64,000 nt of DNA, taken from Gammaproteobacteria bacterium (lineage in GTDB: Bacteria > Pseudomonadota > Gammaproteobacteria > SZUA-140). The position numbers and the translations under genes are program-made. The notes beneath the pieces are model-generated. The model ran no database searches and was not told where the DNA came from. It saw only the letters and a list, made by a program, of their open reading frames with translations. The stretch spans positions 247,716 to 311,715 of the forward strand of contig JADJQS010000006.1 of NCBI GenBank assembly GCA_016712635.1. Reading direction: 5' to 3'. Shown here one piece after another: positions 19,802 through 32,801 of this stretch (position 1 is the first letter of the stretch; each line of letters begins with the position of its first letter).

Positions 19802-22096
19802 ATGATTTCCCGCGCGCGTTACAGACTGACCGCCCTGATCCTCGGCCTGACGGCGTCCTGGTGTGCCTGGTCGTTCGACCCCTTCGTCATCAGGGACATC
19901 CGGGTGGAGGGCCTGCAGCGCATCTCGCTCGGCACGGTGCTGAACTACCTGCCGGTGACCGTGGGCGAGACCTTCGACGCCTCGCGCACGGCGGGCACCA
20001 TCCGCGCCCTGTTCAAGACCGGTTTCTTCCACGACATCCGCCTGCGCGAGGACGGCGACGTGCTGGTCGTCGAGGTGGTGGAACGGCCGGCCATCGCCAC
20101 CGTCAAGATCGAGGGCAACAAGGACATCACCACGGACCAGCTGAAGGAGGCGCTGAAATCCATCGGCCTGTCCGAGGGCGGCATCTTCGACCGCTCCTCG
20201 CTGGAGAAGATGAAGCTCGAGCTCGAGCGGCAGTACTTCAGCCAGGGCAAATACAGCGTCAAGGTGCAGAGCACCGTCACCGAACTCCCCGACAACCGCG
20301 TCGACATCGTCATCGACATCGATGAAGGCGGCGTGGCGCAGATCCGCCGCATCAATGTGATCGGCAACCGGGCGTTCAGCGACGGGGAACTGCTGGATGC
20401 CTTCGAGCTCAGCCCGCGCACCATGTTCGCTTTCTTCTCCGACAGCGACCAGTATTCCAGCCGCAAGCTGTCCGGCGACCTCGAATCCCTGCGCTCGCAC
20501 TATCTGGACAACGGCTACATCAACTTCTCCATCGACTCCACCGAGGTCTCCGTCACCCCCGACAAGAGCGACGTCTACATCACCATCAACGTCACCGAGG
20601 GAGACAAGTACACCGTTTCCGGCGTGCAGCTCGCCGGCGAGCTGATCGTCCCCGAGGATGAGCTGCGCAAGCTGATCAGCATCGGGGACGGCGACGTGTT
20701 CTCGCGCAAGGCGGCGACGCAGAGCGCCGCCGCGATCAGCGAACGCCTGGGCCGGGAGGGGTACGCATTCTCCAACGTCAATCCGTCGCCCAAGGTGGAC
20801 AAGGACAGGCGCGAGGTCGAACTGGTCTTCTTCGTCGATCCGGGCCGGCGCATCTACGTGCGCAGGATCAATGTCGCGGGCAACACGAAGACGCAGGACG
20901 ACGTCATCCGGCGCGAACTGCGCCAGATGGAGGGCGGGTGGATTTCCACTGAAAAGGTCAACCTGTCACGCACCCGGCTGGACCGGCTCGGATTCTTCGA
21001 AGAGGCCACGGTGGAGACTCCGGCCGTGCCGGGGCTCGCCGACCAGGTCGACGTCAACTTCTCCGTCAAGGAGCGGCCCTCCGGCTCGCTCACCGCCGGC
21101 GTGGGCTACTCGCAGTCGCAGGGATTCCTGGTCAACGCGAGCATCAGCCAGAACAACGTGCTCGGCAGCGGCAAGCGCGTCAGCGCCACGGTGAACAACA
21201 GCTCGATCAACCGGACCTACAGCTTTTCCTACACCAATCCCTACTACACACTGAACGGCATCAGCCGCGGCTTCAGCATCTTCAGCCGGGAGACCGACGC
21301 GGGCGACACCTCGGTGGTGGTGGACTACACGACCGATGTCAAGGGCGTCAGCGTCGACTACGGCTTTCCGCTGAGCGAGTTCAATACCGCGAACCTGTCG
21401 CTCGGCTACGAGAACACCAGCATCGAGACCACCGACAGCACGCCGCAGTCGATCTTCGACTTCATCGCGGAGAACTCCGATCATTTCGACATCTACAAGC
21501 TGACCGGAGGAATCACCCACGACACGCGCAACCGCGCCATCCTTGCCAGCCGCGGCAGGCTGCACAGCATCAGCACCGAGGTCGCGATGCCCGGGAGCGG
21601 GCTGGAGTATTACAAGCTGCGCTACCGCGCGCTGCAGTACCTGCCGTTGTACGGGGATTACACCCTGTTGCTGAAAGGCGACGTCGGCTACGGCGACAGC
21701 TACGGCGATACCACCGGGCTGCCGTTTTTCGAGAACTTTTACGCCGGCGGCCCGGAGTCGGTGCGCGGCTACAGTTCGAGTTCGCTCGGTCCGCAGGAGG
21801 ATGGCGACGCACGCGGGGGGGCGTTCAAGACCGTGGGCAACCTCGAATTTATCTTCCCGCTGCCGTTCGCGGCGGACAACAAATCGTTGCGCGTAAGCAC
21901 TTTCTTTGATATTGGTAGTGTCTTTGCGGACGTGGACGATTTCGACACCGGGGAGCTGCGTCAGTCGGTGGGCGTCTCCGTACTCTGGTTTACCCCGATC
22001 GCACCGATGACCTTCAGTCTGGCGTGGCCCATGAACGACCAGCCGGAGGACGATACAGAGAGATTCCAGTTCACGCTCGGGTCGTTTTTCTTCTAA
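19802..22096 (+). CDS. bamA: outer membrane protein assembly factor BamA
   Basis: 764 aa, signal peptide, five POTRA repeats, C-terminal Omp85 barrel ending ..FQFTLGSFF. Confidence 0.95.
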   Translation: MISRARYRLTALILGLTASWCAWSFDPFVIRDIRVEGLQRISLGTVLNYLPVTVGETFDASRTAGTIRALFKTGFFHDIRLREDGDVLVVEVVERPAIATVKIEGNKDITTDQLKEALKSIGLSEGGIFDRSSLEKMKLELERQYFSQGKYSVKVQSTVTELPDNRVDIVIDIDEGGVAQIRRINVIGNRAFSDGELLDAFELSPRTMFAFFSDSDQYSSRKLSGDLESLRSHYLDNGYINFSIDSTEVSVTPDKSDVYITINVTEGDKYTVSGVQLAGELIVPEDELRKLISIGDGDVFSRKAATQSAAAISERLGREGYAFSNVNPSPKVDKDRREVELVFFVDPGRRIYVRRINVAGNTKTQDDVIRRELRQMEGGWISTEKVNLSRTRLDRLGFFEEATVETPAVPGLADQVDVNFSVKERPSGSLTAGVGYSQSQGFLVNASISQNNVLGSGKRVSATVNNSSINRTYSFSYTNPYYTLNGISRGFSIFSRETDAGDTSVVVDYTTDVKGVSVDYGFPLSEFNTANLSLGYENTSIETTDSTPQSIFDFIAENSDHFDIYKLTGGITHDTRNRAILASRGRLHSISTEVAMPGSGLEYYKLRYRALQYLPLYGDYTLLLKGDVGYGDSYGDTTGLPFFENFYAGGPESVRGYSSSSLGPQEDGDARGGAFKTVGNLEFIFPLPFAADNKSLRVSTFFDIGSVFADVDDFDTGELRQSVGVSVLWFTPIAPMTFSLAWPMNDQPEDDTERFQFTLGSFFF

Positions 22097-22116
22097 TACC
22101 TATCTGGAGCCGGACA

Positions 22117-22656
22117 TTGAAGAAGATTGCATTGATTGTGGTCACCCTGGTCGCCGCCCTGGCGGGTGGCGCATTCGCGGCCGCGGCGGAGCTGAGGCTG
22201 GGCTACGTGGATGCGGCGCGCCTGCTGGACGAGGCGCCGCAGGCGAAGGACGCCACCAACCGCCTGAAGGACGAATTCGCCTCGCGCGAGGAGGAGATCG
22301 CCCTCGCGCAGGACAAGATCAAACGGCTGGAAGAGGCGCTGCAGCGCGACGGCGCGGTGATGAGCGAGGACGAGCGCAAGAAGCAGACGCTGGACATACT
22401 CTCGCGCAAGCGCGAGCTGCGCCGCATGCAGGATGAATTCCGCGAGGACGTCAACATCCGCCGCAACGACGCGATCGGCAACCTGCAGGTGCTCATCAAG
22501 CAGACCATCGAGGACATCGGCAGCGCACAGCGCTTCGATCTGATTTTTTTCGACGGCATCGCCTACGCCAATTCGGCGCTGGACATCACCGACCAGGTGC
22601 TGGAAGGCCTGAAGAAGCGTTATCAGGGCGCCTCCGCCGCCTCGAAGGGCAAATAA
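22117..22656 (+). CDS. skp: periplasmic chaperone Skp (OmpH)
   Basis: TTG start at 22117 after GGAGC; signal peptide then coiled-coil Skp pattern; conserved position between bamA and lpxD. Confidence 0.85.
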   Translation: MKKIALIVVTLVAALAGGAFAAAAELRLGYVDAARLLDEAPQAKDATNRLKDEFASREEEIALAQDKIKRLEEALQRDGAVMSEDERKKQTLDILSRKRELRRMQDEFREDVNIRRNDAIGNLQVLIKQTIEDIGSAQRFDLIFFDGIAYANSALDITDQVLEGLKKRYQGASAASKGK

Positions 22657-22683
22657 CAAAAACCTCGAAGGGACAAGCGGCGG

Positions 22684-23718
22684 GTGGAATTCAGCCTGGG
22701 AGATCTGGCGGAGCGATTCGGCGGCGAGATACACGGGGACAGCGGCTGCATGGTGCACGCGGTCGCCACCCTGGAACAGGCCGGCCCCGGCGAGATCTCG
22801 TTCCTGGCGAATCCCCATTACCGCGGCCTGCTGGCCGGCACGCGCGCCGCGGCCGTCATCCTGGCGCCGCGCTACGCCGGCGAGTGCCCGACCCACGCAC
22901 TCGTCACGGACAATCCCTATGCCGTCTACGCCCGCGTGGCGCAGCTGCTGTATCCGGCGCGGCGGCCGGCGGCGGGCGTGCATCCCACCGCCTGCGTGGA
23001 GACCTCGAGCGTACTCAAGGACGGGGTCAGCATCGGCGCCCACGCGGTCATCGGCGCGCAGGTGCGCCTGGGCCGCGATGTGCGCATCGGGCCCGGCTGC
23101 ATCATCGAGGACGGCGTGGAGATCGGCGCCGGCAGCACGCTGGTGGCCCAGGTGACGGTGCGCCACGGCTGCCGCATCGGCGAGCGCGCCCTGATCCATC
23201 CGGGGGTGGTGATCGGCAGCGACGGCTTCGGTTTCGCGCGCGACCGCGACGGCTGGATCAAGATCCCGCAGCTCGGCTGCGTGATTATCGGCAACGATGT
23301 CGAGATCGGCTCCAACACCACCGTCGACCGCGGGGCGCTGGGGGATACCGTGATCGAGGACGGGGTGAAGCTGGATAATCAGATCCAGGTCGCCCACAAT
23401 GTGCACATCGGCGAGCATACCGCGATCGCGGGCTGCACCGGCATCGCCGGCAGCGCGCGCATCGGCCGCCGCTGTGCGATCGGGGGCGGGGCCGGTATCC
23501 TCGGCCATCTTGAGATCGCCGATGACGTGCAGATCACCGCGCGGACGCTGGTGACGCACTCGATTACCGAAAGCGGGAGCTATTCCTCCGGCGCACCGCT
23601 GGAGGCGACGGCGGCCTGGCGCAAGAACCACGCGCGCATGAAACAGCTGGATGAGATGGCTAAACGCCTGCACGAACTCGAGAAGCTCGTCATGGCCAAG
23701 ATTGACGATGGCGAGTAA
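22684..23718 (+). CDS. lpxD: UDP-3-O-(3-hydroxyacyl)glucosamine N-acyltransferase
   Basis: GTG start; left-handed beta-helix hexapeptide repeats, LpxD N-terminal domain. Confidence 0.95.
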   Translation: MEFSLGDLAERFGGEIHGDSGCMVHAVATLEQAGPGEISFLANPHYRGLLAGTRAAAVILAPRYAGECPTHALVTDNPYAVYARVAQLLYPARRPAAGVHPTACVETSSVLKDGVSIGAHAVIGAQVRLGRDVRIGPGCIIEDGVEIGAGSTLVAQVTVRHGCRIGERALIHPGVVIGSDGFGFARDRDGWIKIPQLGCVIIGNDVEIGSNTTVDRGALGDTVIEDGVKLDNQIQVAHNVHIGEHTAIAGCTGIAGSARIGRRCAIGGGAGILGHLEIADDVQITARTLVTHSITESGSYSSGAPLEATAAWRKNHARMKQLDEMAKRLHELEKLVMAKIDDGE

Positions 23719-23731
23719 ACACGGGATCCGG

Positions 23732-24211
23732 ATGAACGACAAAGACACGAACCAGAACGAAGCCGCGGGCATGGATATCCAGGATATCCTCAAGTATCTG
23801 CCCCATCGCTATCCATTCCTGATGGTCGACCGCGTGATCGATTACGCCCCGGGTGACTACCTCGTGGCGATCAAGAACGTGTCCTACAACGAACACTATT
23901 TCACCGGCCATTTCCCGGTGCAGCCGGTCATGCCGGGCGTGTTGCTGCTGGAGGCGATGGCGCAGGCGACCGGTATCCTCGCCTTCCGCACCACGGATTC
24001 GCAGCCCACGGACGGTTCGCTCTATCTCCTGGTCGGCATCGACAAGGCGCGCTTCAAGCGCCCGGTCGGGCCCGGCGACCAGGTCAGGATCGAGGTGAAG
24101 TTCGCGCGCAACGTACGCAACATCTGGTTCTTCAGCGCGGAGGCGCGCGTTGACGGCGAGCTCGCCGCCAGCGCCGACATCATGTGCGCCTCCAAGGAAG
24201 TGACTGCGTGA
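23732..24211 (+). CDS. fabZ: 3-hydroxyacyl-ACP dehydratase FabZ
   Basis: [13 protein letters not shown]..HFPxxPVMPGVLxLEAMAQ; alternative start ATG 23708 is possible. Confidence 0.9.
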   Translation: MNDKDTNQNEAAGMDIQDILKYLPHRYPFLMVDRVIDYAPGDYLVAIKNVSYNEHYFTGHFPVQPVMPGVLLLEAMAQATGILAFRTTDSQPTDGSLYLLVGIDKARFKRPVGPGDQVRIEVKFARNVRNIWFFSAEARVDGELAASADIMCASKEVTA

Positions 24212-24978
24212 TCGACCCGCGCGCCATCGTCGATCCCGCCGCCCGCATCGCTGCCGGCGTCAGCATCGGACCGTTTTCGATCATCGGTCCCGATGTGGAG
24301 ATCGGCGCCGGCTGCCGGATCGGCCCGCACGTCGTGATCACGGGGCCGACCCGGATCGGCTGCGACAACCAGGTGTTCCAGTTCGCGTCGATCGGCGAGG
24401 TGCCCCAGGACAAGAAATACCGCGGCGAAGCGACAACGCTCGAGATCGGGGACCGCAACGTCATCCGGGAGTACGTCTCGTTGCAGCGCGGCACGGTGCA
24501 GGGCGGCGGCGTGACCCGGATCGGCAGCGACAACCTGTTCATGGTTTACGTCCACATCGCCCACGACTGCATCGTCGGCGACAACACCATCTTCGCCAAC
24601 GGAACCCAGATCGCCGGGCACGTCGTCATCGAGGATTACGTGATCCTCGGCGGCTGTTCACTGGTGCACCAGTTCTGCGTGCTCGGCCGGCACTCCTTCT
24701 CCTCGGCCGCCAGCATGATCATCAAGGACGTGCCGCCCTACGTGCTGGTGTCGGGCCAGATGGCGAAGCCCTACGGGCTCAACGTCGAGGGTTTGAGGCG
24801 GCGCGGCTTCAGTCCGGCCACGGTGCGCATGCTGCGGCAGGCCTACAAGATCGTCTACCGGTCGAAGCTGCTGCAGGAGCAGGCAGTCGCCGAACTGAAG
24901 GCCTTGGGCGCCGAGTGCCCGGAGGTCGCCGTCATGGCGGACTTCATCGAGCGCTCGCAGCGCGGCATCGTGCGCTGA
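24208..24978 (+). CDS. lpxA: acyl-ACP--UDP-N-acetylglucosamine O-acyltransferase
   Basis: GTG at 24208 (GTGA overlap with fabZ stop) giving MIDPRA.. as in E. coli LpxA MIDK..; hexapeptide repeats. Confidence 0.95.
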   Translation: MIDPRAIVDPAARIAAGVSIGPFSIIGPDVEIGAGCRIGPHVVITGPTRIGCDNQVFQFASIGEVPQDKKYRGEATTLEIGDRNVIREYVSLQRGTVQGGGVTRIGSDNLFMVYVHIAHDCIVGDNTIFANGTQIAGHVVIEDYVILGGCSLVHQFCVLGRHSFSSAASMIIKDVPPYVLVSGQMAKPYGLNVEGLRRRGFSPATVRMLRQAYKIVYRSKLLQEQAVAELKALGAECPEVAVMADFIERSQRGIVR

Positions 24979-24985
24979 CATCGCT

Positions 24986-26140
24986 GTGCTGCGCATAGCC
25001 CTGGTCGCGGGCGAGACCTCCGGTGACATGCTCGGCGCAGGCCTGATCCGTGCGCTCCGGGCGCGGATTCCGGACGCGGTGTTCGAGGGCGTCGCGGGGC
25101 CCCGCATGATCGCGGCGGGCTGCCGCGCATGGCATCCGATGGAACGACTCTCCGTGATGGGCCTGGTCGAGGTGCTCGGGCGCTATCGCGAACTGCGTGC
25201 GCTGCGCACCGACCTGATCCGGCGCCTGCGCGCCGATCCGCCGGACGTCTTCGTCGGCATCGACGCCCCCGATTTCAACCTCGGCCTGGAGACGCGGCTG
25301 CGCGCGGCGGGCATCCCCACCGTGCATTACGTCAGTCCGACGGTCTGGGCGTGGCGGGCGCGGCGCCTGCGCAAGATCGCCCGCGCGGACGATCTCGTGC
25401 TGACGCTGTTTCCGTTCGAGACCGCAATCTATGAACAGCATGGCATCGCGGTACGCTGCGTCGGCCATCCCCTCGCCGATGCGATTCCGCCCGGCGGCGG
25501 CGACCGGATGGCCGCGCGCGCGGCGCTCGGGCTGCCGGCTGCCGGTCGCCTGATCGCGCTGTTGCCGGGCAGCCGGGAGGGCGAGGTCCGCCGCCTGTCG
25601 GAACTGTTCGTCGCGGCCGCGCGCTGGTGCCGCGAACGGCGCCCGGAACTGCGCTTTGCGGTGCCGCTGGTCACTCCGGAGCTGCGCGAAATTTTCACGG
25701 CGGCGCTGGCAGCCGCCCCGGAACTTCCGGTGACCCTGTTCGACGGGCGCGCGCGCGAGGTGATGGCGGCCGCCGACGCCGTGCTGCTCGCCAGCGGCAC
25801 CGCCACCCTGGAGGCGATGCTGCTGCAGCGTCCCATGGTGGTTGCCTACCGGCTGGCGCCGCTGACCTACTGGCTGGCCCGCCGCCTGTTGTATATCGAT
25901 CGCTTTGCCCTGCCCAACCTGCTCGCCGGCGAGGATCTGGTCCCGGAGTTCATCCAGGACGCAGCCACGCCCGCGGCGATTGGCGCGGCGCTGCTGGAGT
26001 CGCTCGACGCCGCGGAACAATCCGGCCGGCTGCGCGAGCGTTTCGCCGAACTGCATGCGATGTTGCGCCGCGACGCCGACGCGCAGGCGGCAGAGGCGGT
26101 GCTGGATCTGGTCACGCGGCGCCGGGGGGCGGCGGCGTGA
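24986..26140 (+). CDS. lpxB: lipid-A-disaccharide synthase
   Basis: GTG start; [21 protein letters not shown] full-length LpxB. Confidence 0.95.
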   Translation: MLRIALVAGETSGDMLGAGLIRALRARIPDAVFEGVAGPRMIAAGCRAWHPMERLSVMGLVEVLGRYRELRALRTDLIRRLRADPPDVFVGIDAPDFNLGLETRLRAAGIPTVHYVSPTVWAWRARRLRKIARADDLVLTLFPFETAIYEQHGIAVRCVGHPLADAIPPGGGDRMAARAALGLPAAGRLIALLPGSREGEVRRLSELFVAAARWCRERRPELRFAVPLVTPELREIFTAALAAAPELPVTLFDGRAREVMAAADAVLLASGTATLEAMLLQRPMVVAYRLAPLTYWLARRLLYIDRFALPNLLAGEDLVPEFIQDAATPAAIGAALLESLDAAEQSGRLRERFAELHAMLRRDADAQAAEAVLDLVTRRRGAAA

Positions 26141-26751
26141 GCATCGTGGCGGAACCGGTGACGGTCTTCGAGATCGGCGTGGAGCTGCTGGTCGCCGGCG
26201 TCGACGAGGCCGGGCGCGGCCCGCTCGCGGGTCCGGTCATCGCGGCGGCGGTGATCCTCGACCCCGACCGCCCCATCGCGGGGGTGAACGATTCCAAGCT
26301 GTTGTCCGCGCCGCGGCGCCTGCGCCTCGAGGCGGCCATCCAGGCGCAGGCGCTTGCCTGGGCGCTGGGGCGGGCCGAGGTCGAGGAGATCGACCGCCTC
26401 AACATCCTGCAGGCGACCCTGCTTGCCATGCAGCGCGCGGTGGCGGCGCTCGATCCCGCCCCGCGCCGGGTCCTGGTCGACGGCGACCGCTGCCCCCGCC
26501 TGGGCTGCCCCGCGCAGGCGATAGTCAAGGGCGATCAGAAGGTTGCCGCCATCGCCGCCGCCTCCATCCTGGCCAAGGTGGCGCGCGACCGCGAGATGGA
26601 GGCGCTCGATGCCCTCTATCCGGGCTACGGCCTGGCCCGCCACAAGGGCTATCCGACGCGCGACCACGTCGAGGCGCTGCAGCGCCTGGGCGTGACGCCG
26701 GTCCACCGGCGCAGCTTCGCGCCCGTACGCGACCTGCTCGGCGGCGCATGA
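26137..26751 (+). CDS. rnhB: ribonuclease HII
   Basis: GTG at 26137 overlapping lpxB stop; [16 protein letters not shown]..DSKxL active-site motifs. Confidence 0.9.
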   Translation: MSIVAEPVTVFEIGVELLVAGVDEAGRGPLAGPVIAAAVILDPDRPIAGVNDSKLLSAPRRLRLEAAIQAQALAWALGRAEVEEIDRLNILQATLLAMQRAVAALDPAPRRVLVDGDRCPRLGCPAQAIVKGDQKVAAIAAASILAKVARDREMEALDALYPGYGLARHKGYPTRDHVEALQRLGVTPVHRRSFAPVRDLLGGA

Positions 26752-26793
26752 ACGTCCTCGCGGGTCCCGCCTGGCTTGGTTAAAATACCGGCC

Positions 26794-29700
26794 ATGCCGC
26801 CCAGCTTCGTCCATCTCCACGTCCACAGCGATTACTCCCTGATCGACGGCATCGTGCGCATCAAGCCGCTGGTGCAGGCGGTGGCGGACGCCGGCATGCC
26901 GGCGGTGGCGATGACCGACCAGTGCAATATGTTCGCGCTGGTGAAGTTCTACCGCGCCGCGGTCGCGGCCGGCGTCAAGCCCATCGCCGGCGTCGACCTG
27001 TGGGTGCAGGACGATCCCAGGGACGCGCCCGCGCGGGTGGTGCTCCTGTGCCAGGACCGCGGCGGCTACCTGCACCTCACCCGGCTCATCTCGCGCGCCT
27101 TCATCGAGGGCCAGTATCATGGCATGCCGACCGTGCGGCGCGATTGGCTGCGCGACGCCGCCGGGGGTCTCATCGCACTGTCCGGCGCGGGCGAGGGCGA
27201 CATCGGCCAGGCGCTGTTCGCCGGCAACCGCGCGCTTGCCGCGCGCCGGCTCGAGTTCTGGTCGAGCCTGTTCCCGCAGCGCTTCTACCTTGAACTGCAG
27301 CGTACCGGCCGCGCGCGCGAGGAGCAGTACGTGCAGGACGCGGTCGGGCTGGCGCTCGAGCACGGCGTCCCGGTGGTCGCCACCAACGACGTGCGCTTCC
27401 TCACGCCGGAGGACTTCGAGGCGCACGAGGCGCGCGTGTGCATCCACAGCGGGCGCACGCTGGAGGATCCGCGGCGGCCGCGCCAGTACAGCGCGCAACA
27501 GTACCTGCGCACGCCGGCGGAGATGGCGGAGCTGTTCGCGGACATCCCGGAGGCGATCGAGAACAGCGTCGAGATCGCGCGCCGCTGCAACCTCGAGCTG
27601 AGCCTCGGCGAGAATGTGCTGCCGGATTTCCCCACGCCGCCGGGCATGGGCGCCGACGCCTATTTCGCGGAGGAGGCGCGCACCGGCCTCGCGCGGCGCA
27701 TGCAGCGCATGCCCGCCTGCGCCACGGCGGAGGAGGAGGCCGAACGGCGCGCGCTGTACGCGGCGCGGCTGGAGCTGGAGCTCGGCGTCATCACCAAGAT
27801 GGGCTTCCCGGGCTACTTCCTGATCGTCGCCGACTTCATCCGCTGGGCCAAGGCGAACGACATCCCGGTGGGGCCGGGACGCGGCTCGGGCGCGGGCTCG
27901 CTGGTCGCGTATTCTCTGGATATTACTGATCTTGATCCAATAAGATACGAGCTTCTCTTCGAGCGATTCCTGAATCCGGAGCGCGTCTCGCTGCCGGACT
28001 TCGACATCGACTTCTGCATGGACGGGCGCGACCGCGTGATCGAATACGTGGCGCAGCGCTACGGCCGCGAGAAGGTGTCGCAGATCATCACCTACGGCAC
28101 CATGGCGGCGAAGGCCGTGGTGCGCGATGTCGGCCGCGTGCTCGGCCATCCCTACGGCTTCGTCGACAAGATCGCCAAGCTGATCCCGTTCGAGCTCGGC
28201 ATTACGCTCGACAAGGCGCTGGAGGACGAGGAGCAGCTGCGGAGCCGCTACGAGGACGAGGAGGAGGTGCGCACCCTGATCGACCTCGGGCGCGCGCTGG
28301 AGGGCCTGGTGCGCAACGCCGGCAAGCACGCCGGCGGCGTGGTCATCGCGCCGTCCGAGCTCACCGACTTCACGCCGCTGTACTGCGAGCAGGGCTCGGT
28401 CGCGACGGTGACGCAGTTCGACAAGGACGACGTCGAGGCGGTCGGCCTGGTCAAGTTCGACTTCCTCGGCCTGCGCACGCTGACCATCATCGACCGCGCG
28501 GTGAAGGGCATCCGCAGCCGCACCGGCGCCGCCATCGACATCACCAACCTGCCGATGGACGACGCGCCGACCTACGAGCTGCTCAAGCGCTGTTCCACCA
28601 GCGCCGTGTTCCAGCTCGAGTCGCGCGGCATGAAGGACCTGATCAAGCGCCTGCAGCCGGACTGCTTCGACGACGTCATCGCGCTGGTCGCGCTGTTCCG
28701 CCCCGGCCCGCTGCAGTCCGGCATGGTGGACGACTTCATCAACGTCAAGCACAAGCGCCAGCGGGCCAATTACCCGCACCCCGATCTCGAGCCGATCCTC
28801 AAGCCCACCTACGGCGTCATCCTCTACCAGGAGCAGGTGATGCAGATCGCGCAGGTGCTCGCCGGCTACAGCCTGGGCCAGGCCGACCTGCTGCGGCGCG
28901 CGATGGGCAAGAAGAAGCCGGAGGAGATGGCCAAGCAGCGCGCCGGCTTCGTCGCCGGTTCCGTCCGGCGCGGCGTGGAGGAGAAGACCGCCGCCCACAT
29001 CTTCGACCTGATGGAGAAGTTCGCCGGCTACGGCTTCAACAAGTCGCACTCGGCGGCCTACGCGCTGATCGCCTACCAGACCGCCTGGCTGAAGGCGCAC
29101 TATCCGGCCGATTTCATGGCCGCCGTGCTGTCGGCGGACATGGACAACACCGACAAGGTCGTGATGCTGATCGACGAGTGCCGCTCGATGGGCCTCAAGG
29201 TGCAGCCGCCCGACATCAACCTCTGCGACTTCGCCTTCACGGTGCAGGACGACGCCACCATCCTGTACGGCCTCGGCGCCATCAAGGGTGTCGGCGAGGC
29301 GGCGCTCGGCGGGCTGACCTCCGAGCGCGCGCAGCACGGCCGGTTCCGCGACCTGTTCGACCTGTGCCGGCGCATCGACCCGCGCAAGGCCAACCGGCGC
29401 GTGCTCGAGGCGCTGATCCGCTCCGGCGCGCTCGACGTGCTTGACGCCAACCGCGCGCGCTCGATGACGCTGCTCACCGAGGCGTTGCAGATGGCGGAGC
29501 GCCAGTTGCGCGACAGCGAGCTGGGCCAGAACGACCTGTTCGGCGGCGGCGGTGCCGCGGCGAATGCCGGGCCGGACGACGACATCACGCAAGCGCTCGC
29601 GCGCGCGGTGCCGGAGTGGGACGAGGAACAGCGCCTGCTCGGCGAGAAGGAGACCCTCGGTCTCTATCTCACCGGCCACCCGATCGAACGTTATCGCAAG

Positions 29701-30261
29701 GAGCTCGCGCGCTTCGTCTCGGCGTCGATCGCGCAGCTCAAGCCGACGGCGGACCAGACCGTGGTGGTGGCCGGGCTGGTCGTCGCCATCCGCACCATGA
29801 ACAGCCGGCGCGGCGATCGCATCGCCTTCCTCACGCTGGACGACCGCAGCGGCCGCATCGAGATCGCGGTGTTCTCCGAGGCTTACCAGAAATACCGCGA
29901 GCTGCTCGTCAAGGACCGGCTGCTGGTGGTGGAGGGCAGCGTCAGCGTGGACGAGTATTCGGGCGGATACCGCATGAGCGCGGAGAAGATCTATGATATC
30001 GACCGCGCGCGCGGGGTGTACGCCAAGGGGGTGGAGATCGACGTGCAGGCGCGCGCCGCCGCGAACGGCTTCAGCGCCATGCTCGCGCGCATCCTCGAGC
30101 CGTTCCGCGAGGGCCGCTGCCCGGTGTGGATCAACTACGTGGGCGCGGGCGCGCGGGCGCGCATGGCCCTGGGCCGCGAATGGAGCGTCAATCCCACCGA
30201 CGAGCTGCTGCACCGCCTGGGCGAGGTGGCGGGACCGGACGGGGTGCGGGTGATCTATTGA
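26794..30261 (+). CDS. dnaE: DNA polymerase III subunit alpha
   Basis: ATG at 26794 (MPPSFVHLHVHSDYS PHP domain start); 1155 aa collinear with DnaE. Confidence 0.95.
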   Translation: MPPSFVHLHVHSDYSLIDGIVRIKPLVQAVADAGMPAVAMTDQCNMFALVKFYRAAVAAGVKPIAGVDLWVQDDPRDAPARVVLLCQDRGGYLHLTRLISRAFIEGQYHGMPTVRRDWLRDAAGGLIALSGAGEGDIGQALFAGNRALAARRLEFWSSLFPQRFYLELQRTGRAREEQYVQDAVGLALEHGVPVVATNDVRFLTPEDFEAHEARVCIHSGRTLEDPRRPRQYSAQQYLRTPAEMAELFADIPEAIENSVEIARRCNLELSLGENVLPDFPTPPGMGADAYFAEEARTGLARRMQRMPACATAEEEAERRALYAARLELELGVITKMGFPGYFLIVADFIRWAKANDIPVGPGRGSGAGSLVAYSLDITDLDPIRYELLFERFLNPERVSLPDFDIDFCMDGRDRVIEYVAQRYGREKVSQIITYGTMAAKAVVRDVGRVLGHPYGFVDKIAKLIPFELGITLDKALEDEEQLRSRYEDEEEVRTLIDLGRALEGLVRNAGKHAGGVVIAPSELTDFTPLYCEQGSVATVTQFDKDDVEAVGLVKFDFLGLRTLTIIDRAVKGIRSRTGAAIDITNLPMDDAPTYELLKRCSTSAVFQLESRGMKDLIKRLQPDCFDDVIALVALFRPGPLQSGMVDDFINVKHKRQRANYPHPDLEPILKPTYGVILYQEQVMQIAQVLAGYSLGQADLLRRAMGKKKPEEMAKQRAGFVAGSVRRGVEEKTAAHIFDLMEKFAGYGFNKSHSAAYALIAYQTAWLKAHYPADFMAAVLSADMDNTDKVVMLIDECRSMGLKVQPPDINLCDFAFTVQDDATILYGLGAIKGVGEAALGGLTSERAQHGRFRDLFDLCRRIDPRKANRRVLEALIRSGALDVLDANRARSMTLLTEALQMAERQLRDSELGQNDLFGGGGAAANAGPDDDITQALARAVPEWDEEQRLLGEKETLGLYLTGHPIERYRKELARFVSASIAQLKPTADQTVVVAGLVVAIRTMNSRRGDRIAFLTLDDRSGRIEIAVFSEAYQKYRELLVKDRLLVVEGSVSVDEYSGGYRMSAEKIYDIDRARGVYAKGVEIDVQARAAANGFSAMLARILEPFREGRCPVWINYVGAGARARMALGREWSVNPTDELLHRLGEVAGPDGVRVIY

Positions 30262-30475
30262 GTGGGACCAAAACCGGCGGCTGTCAAGCGGGGCCGGCGC
30301 GGCCGGGACAATAACGCCGCCCCCACTTGCGCCGGAAAATCTTTATGACACAATGGCGTGCAGCGTAGTGTTGAACTGACAACAATCCGGGGATATCCGC
30401 ACAGTCCGATCCCGCCCGCGCGGGAATGGCGGTTACAGGCGGATGTCCCCCAAAAAACGGCTACACCGACTTTTG

Positions 30476-31415
<940 letters not shown>

Positions 31416-31432
<17 letters not shown>

Positions 31433-32801
31433 TGATCCCGGCGCCGTAGTCCTCGATCGGGTCCTCCCGGCGCTGGAGCGCCTGCCCGGCATCCGCCGCT
31501 ACCGGGTCGCCTTCAGCGGCGGCCTCGATTCCACCGTCCTGCTGCACGCCATGGCCGAGCTGCGCCCGCGGATCGAGGCCGAACTGTGCGCCGTCCACGT
31601 CAACCACGGCCTGCAGCCCGCCGCCGCCGACTGGGCGCGCGAGTGCCGAGCCGCCTGCGAGGCGCTCGGCATCCCGCTGCACGCGGTCGAGGTCGACGCG
31701 CGGCCGGGGTCGGGCGAGAGCCCCGAGGCGGCCGCGCGCCACGCGCGCTACGCGGCGATCCGCGCGCTGATCGAGGCCGGCGACTGCCTGCTCACCGCGC
31801 ACCACCAGGACGACCAGGCCGAGACCGTGCTGCTGCAACTGCTGCGTGGCAGCGGGGTGGCGGGCCTCGCGGCGATGCCGCCGCACGCGCCGTTTGCCGC
31901 CGGCTGGCATGCCCGCCCGCTGCTCGACCTCACGCGCGCCGAGCTCAGGGCCTATGCCGCGGCGCGAGACCTGCGCTGGATCGACGACCCGAGCAACTTC
32001 GACACCGGCCTGCGCCGCAACTACCTGCGCCACGAGGTCATGCCGCTCCTGAAGCGGCAGTGGCCGGCCTTCGCCCGTACGCTGTCGCGCAGCGCCGCGC
32101 ACCACGCCGAATCCGCGCGCCTGCTCGACGAGGTCGGCGCCGAGGATTTCACGGCCGTCGCCGGCCCCAAGGCCGCGACGCTCTCCATCGACGCACTGAT
32201 GCAGCTCAGTCCCGAGCGCCTCAACAACGTGCTGCGCTACTGGCTGCGCACGCTCGAGCTGCCGCTGCCGAGCACGGCGCACCTGGAACGCCTGCACGAG
32301 GACATCCTGAAGGCGGCGCAGGACAGCGCGCCGCTGCTCGCCTGGCCCGGCGCCGAGGTGCGGCGTTACCGCAGCCTGCTCTACGCCATGTGGCCGCTGC
32401 CGCCGCACGACCCGGAACAGGTCGTGCCGTGGGATCTCGCGGCGCCGCTCGACCTGCCCACCTGCGGCGGCCGCCTCGTCGCGCGCCACGTCGCCGGGCA
32501 CGGCATCCGGCGCGTGCTGCTCAAGGATCGCCCTGTCACCGTCCGCTTCCGCCGCGGCGGCGAGCACTGCCGCCCCGCCGGCCGCGGCCACACCCACGAA
32601 CTGCGCAAGCTGCTGCAGGAATCCGCCGTCCCGCCCTGGCTGCGCGAACGCGTGCCGCTGCTCTACGTCGGCGACGAGCTCGCCGCCGCCGGCGACCTGT
32701 TCATCTGCGAAGGCTTCCAGGCCGGCGAGGGCGAGGCGGGCGTGGAGCTTGAATGGACGTTTCAGGCCTTGACGCCGGAAGAGGGTGGCCGGAATGGGTG
32801 A
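31416..32801 (+). CDS. tilS: tRNA(Ile)-lysidine synthetase
   Basis: GTG start overlapping accA 3' end; PP-loop SGGxDS motif and TilS C-terminal domain. Confidence 0.9.

Noticed and set aside
25867-30213. 1448-aa ORF on minus strand
   Set aside because: Antisense shadow of dnaE and rnhB. Arg/Ala/Gly-rich translation with no domain signature.
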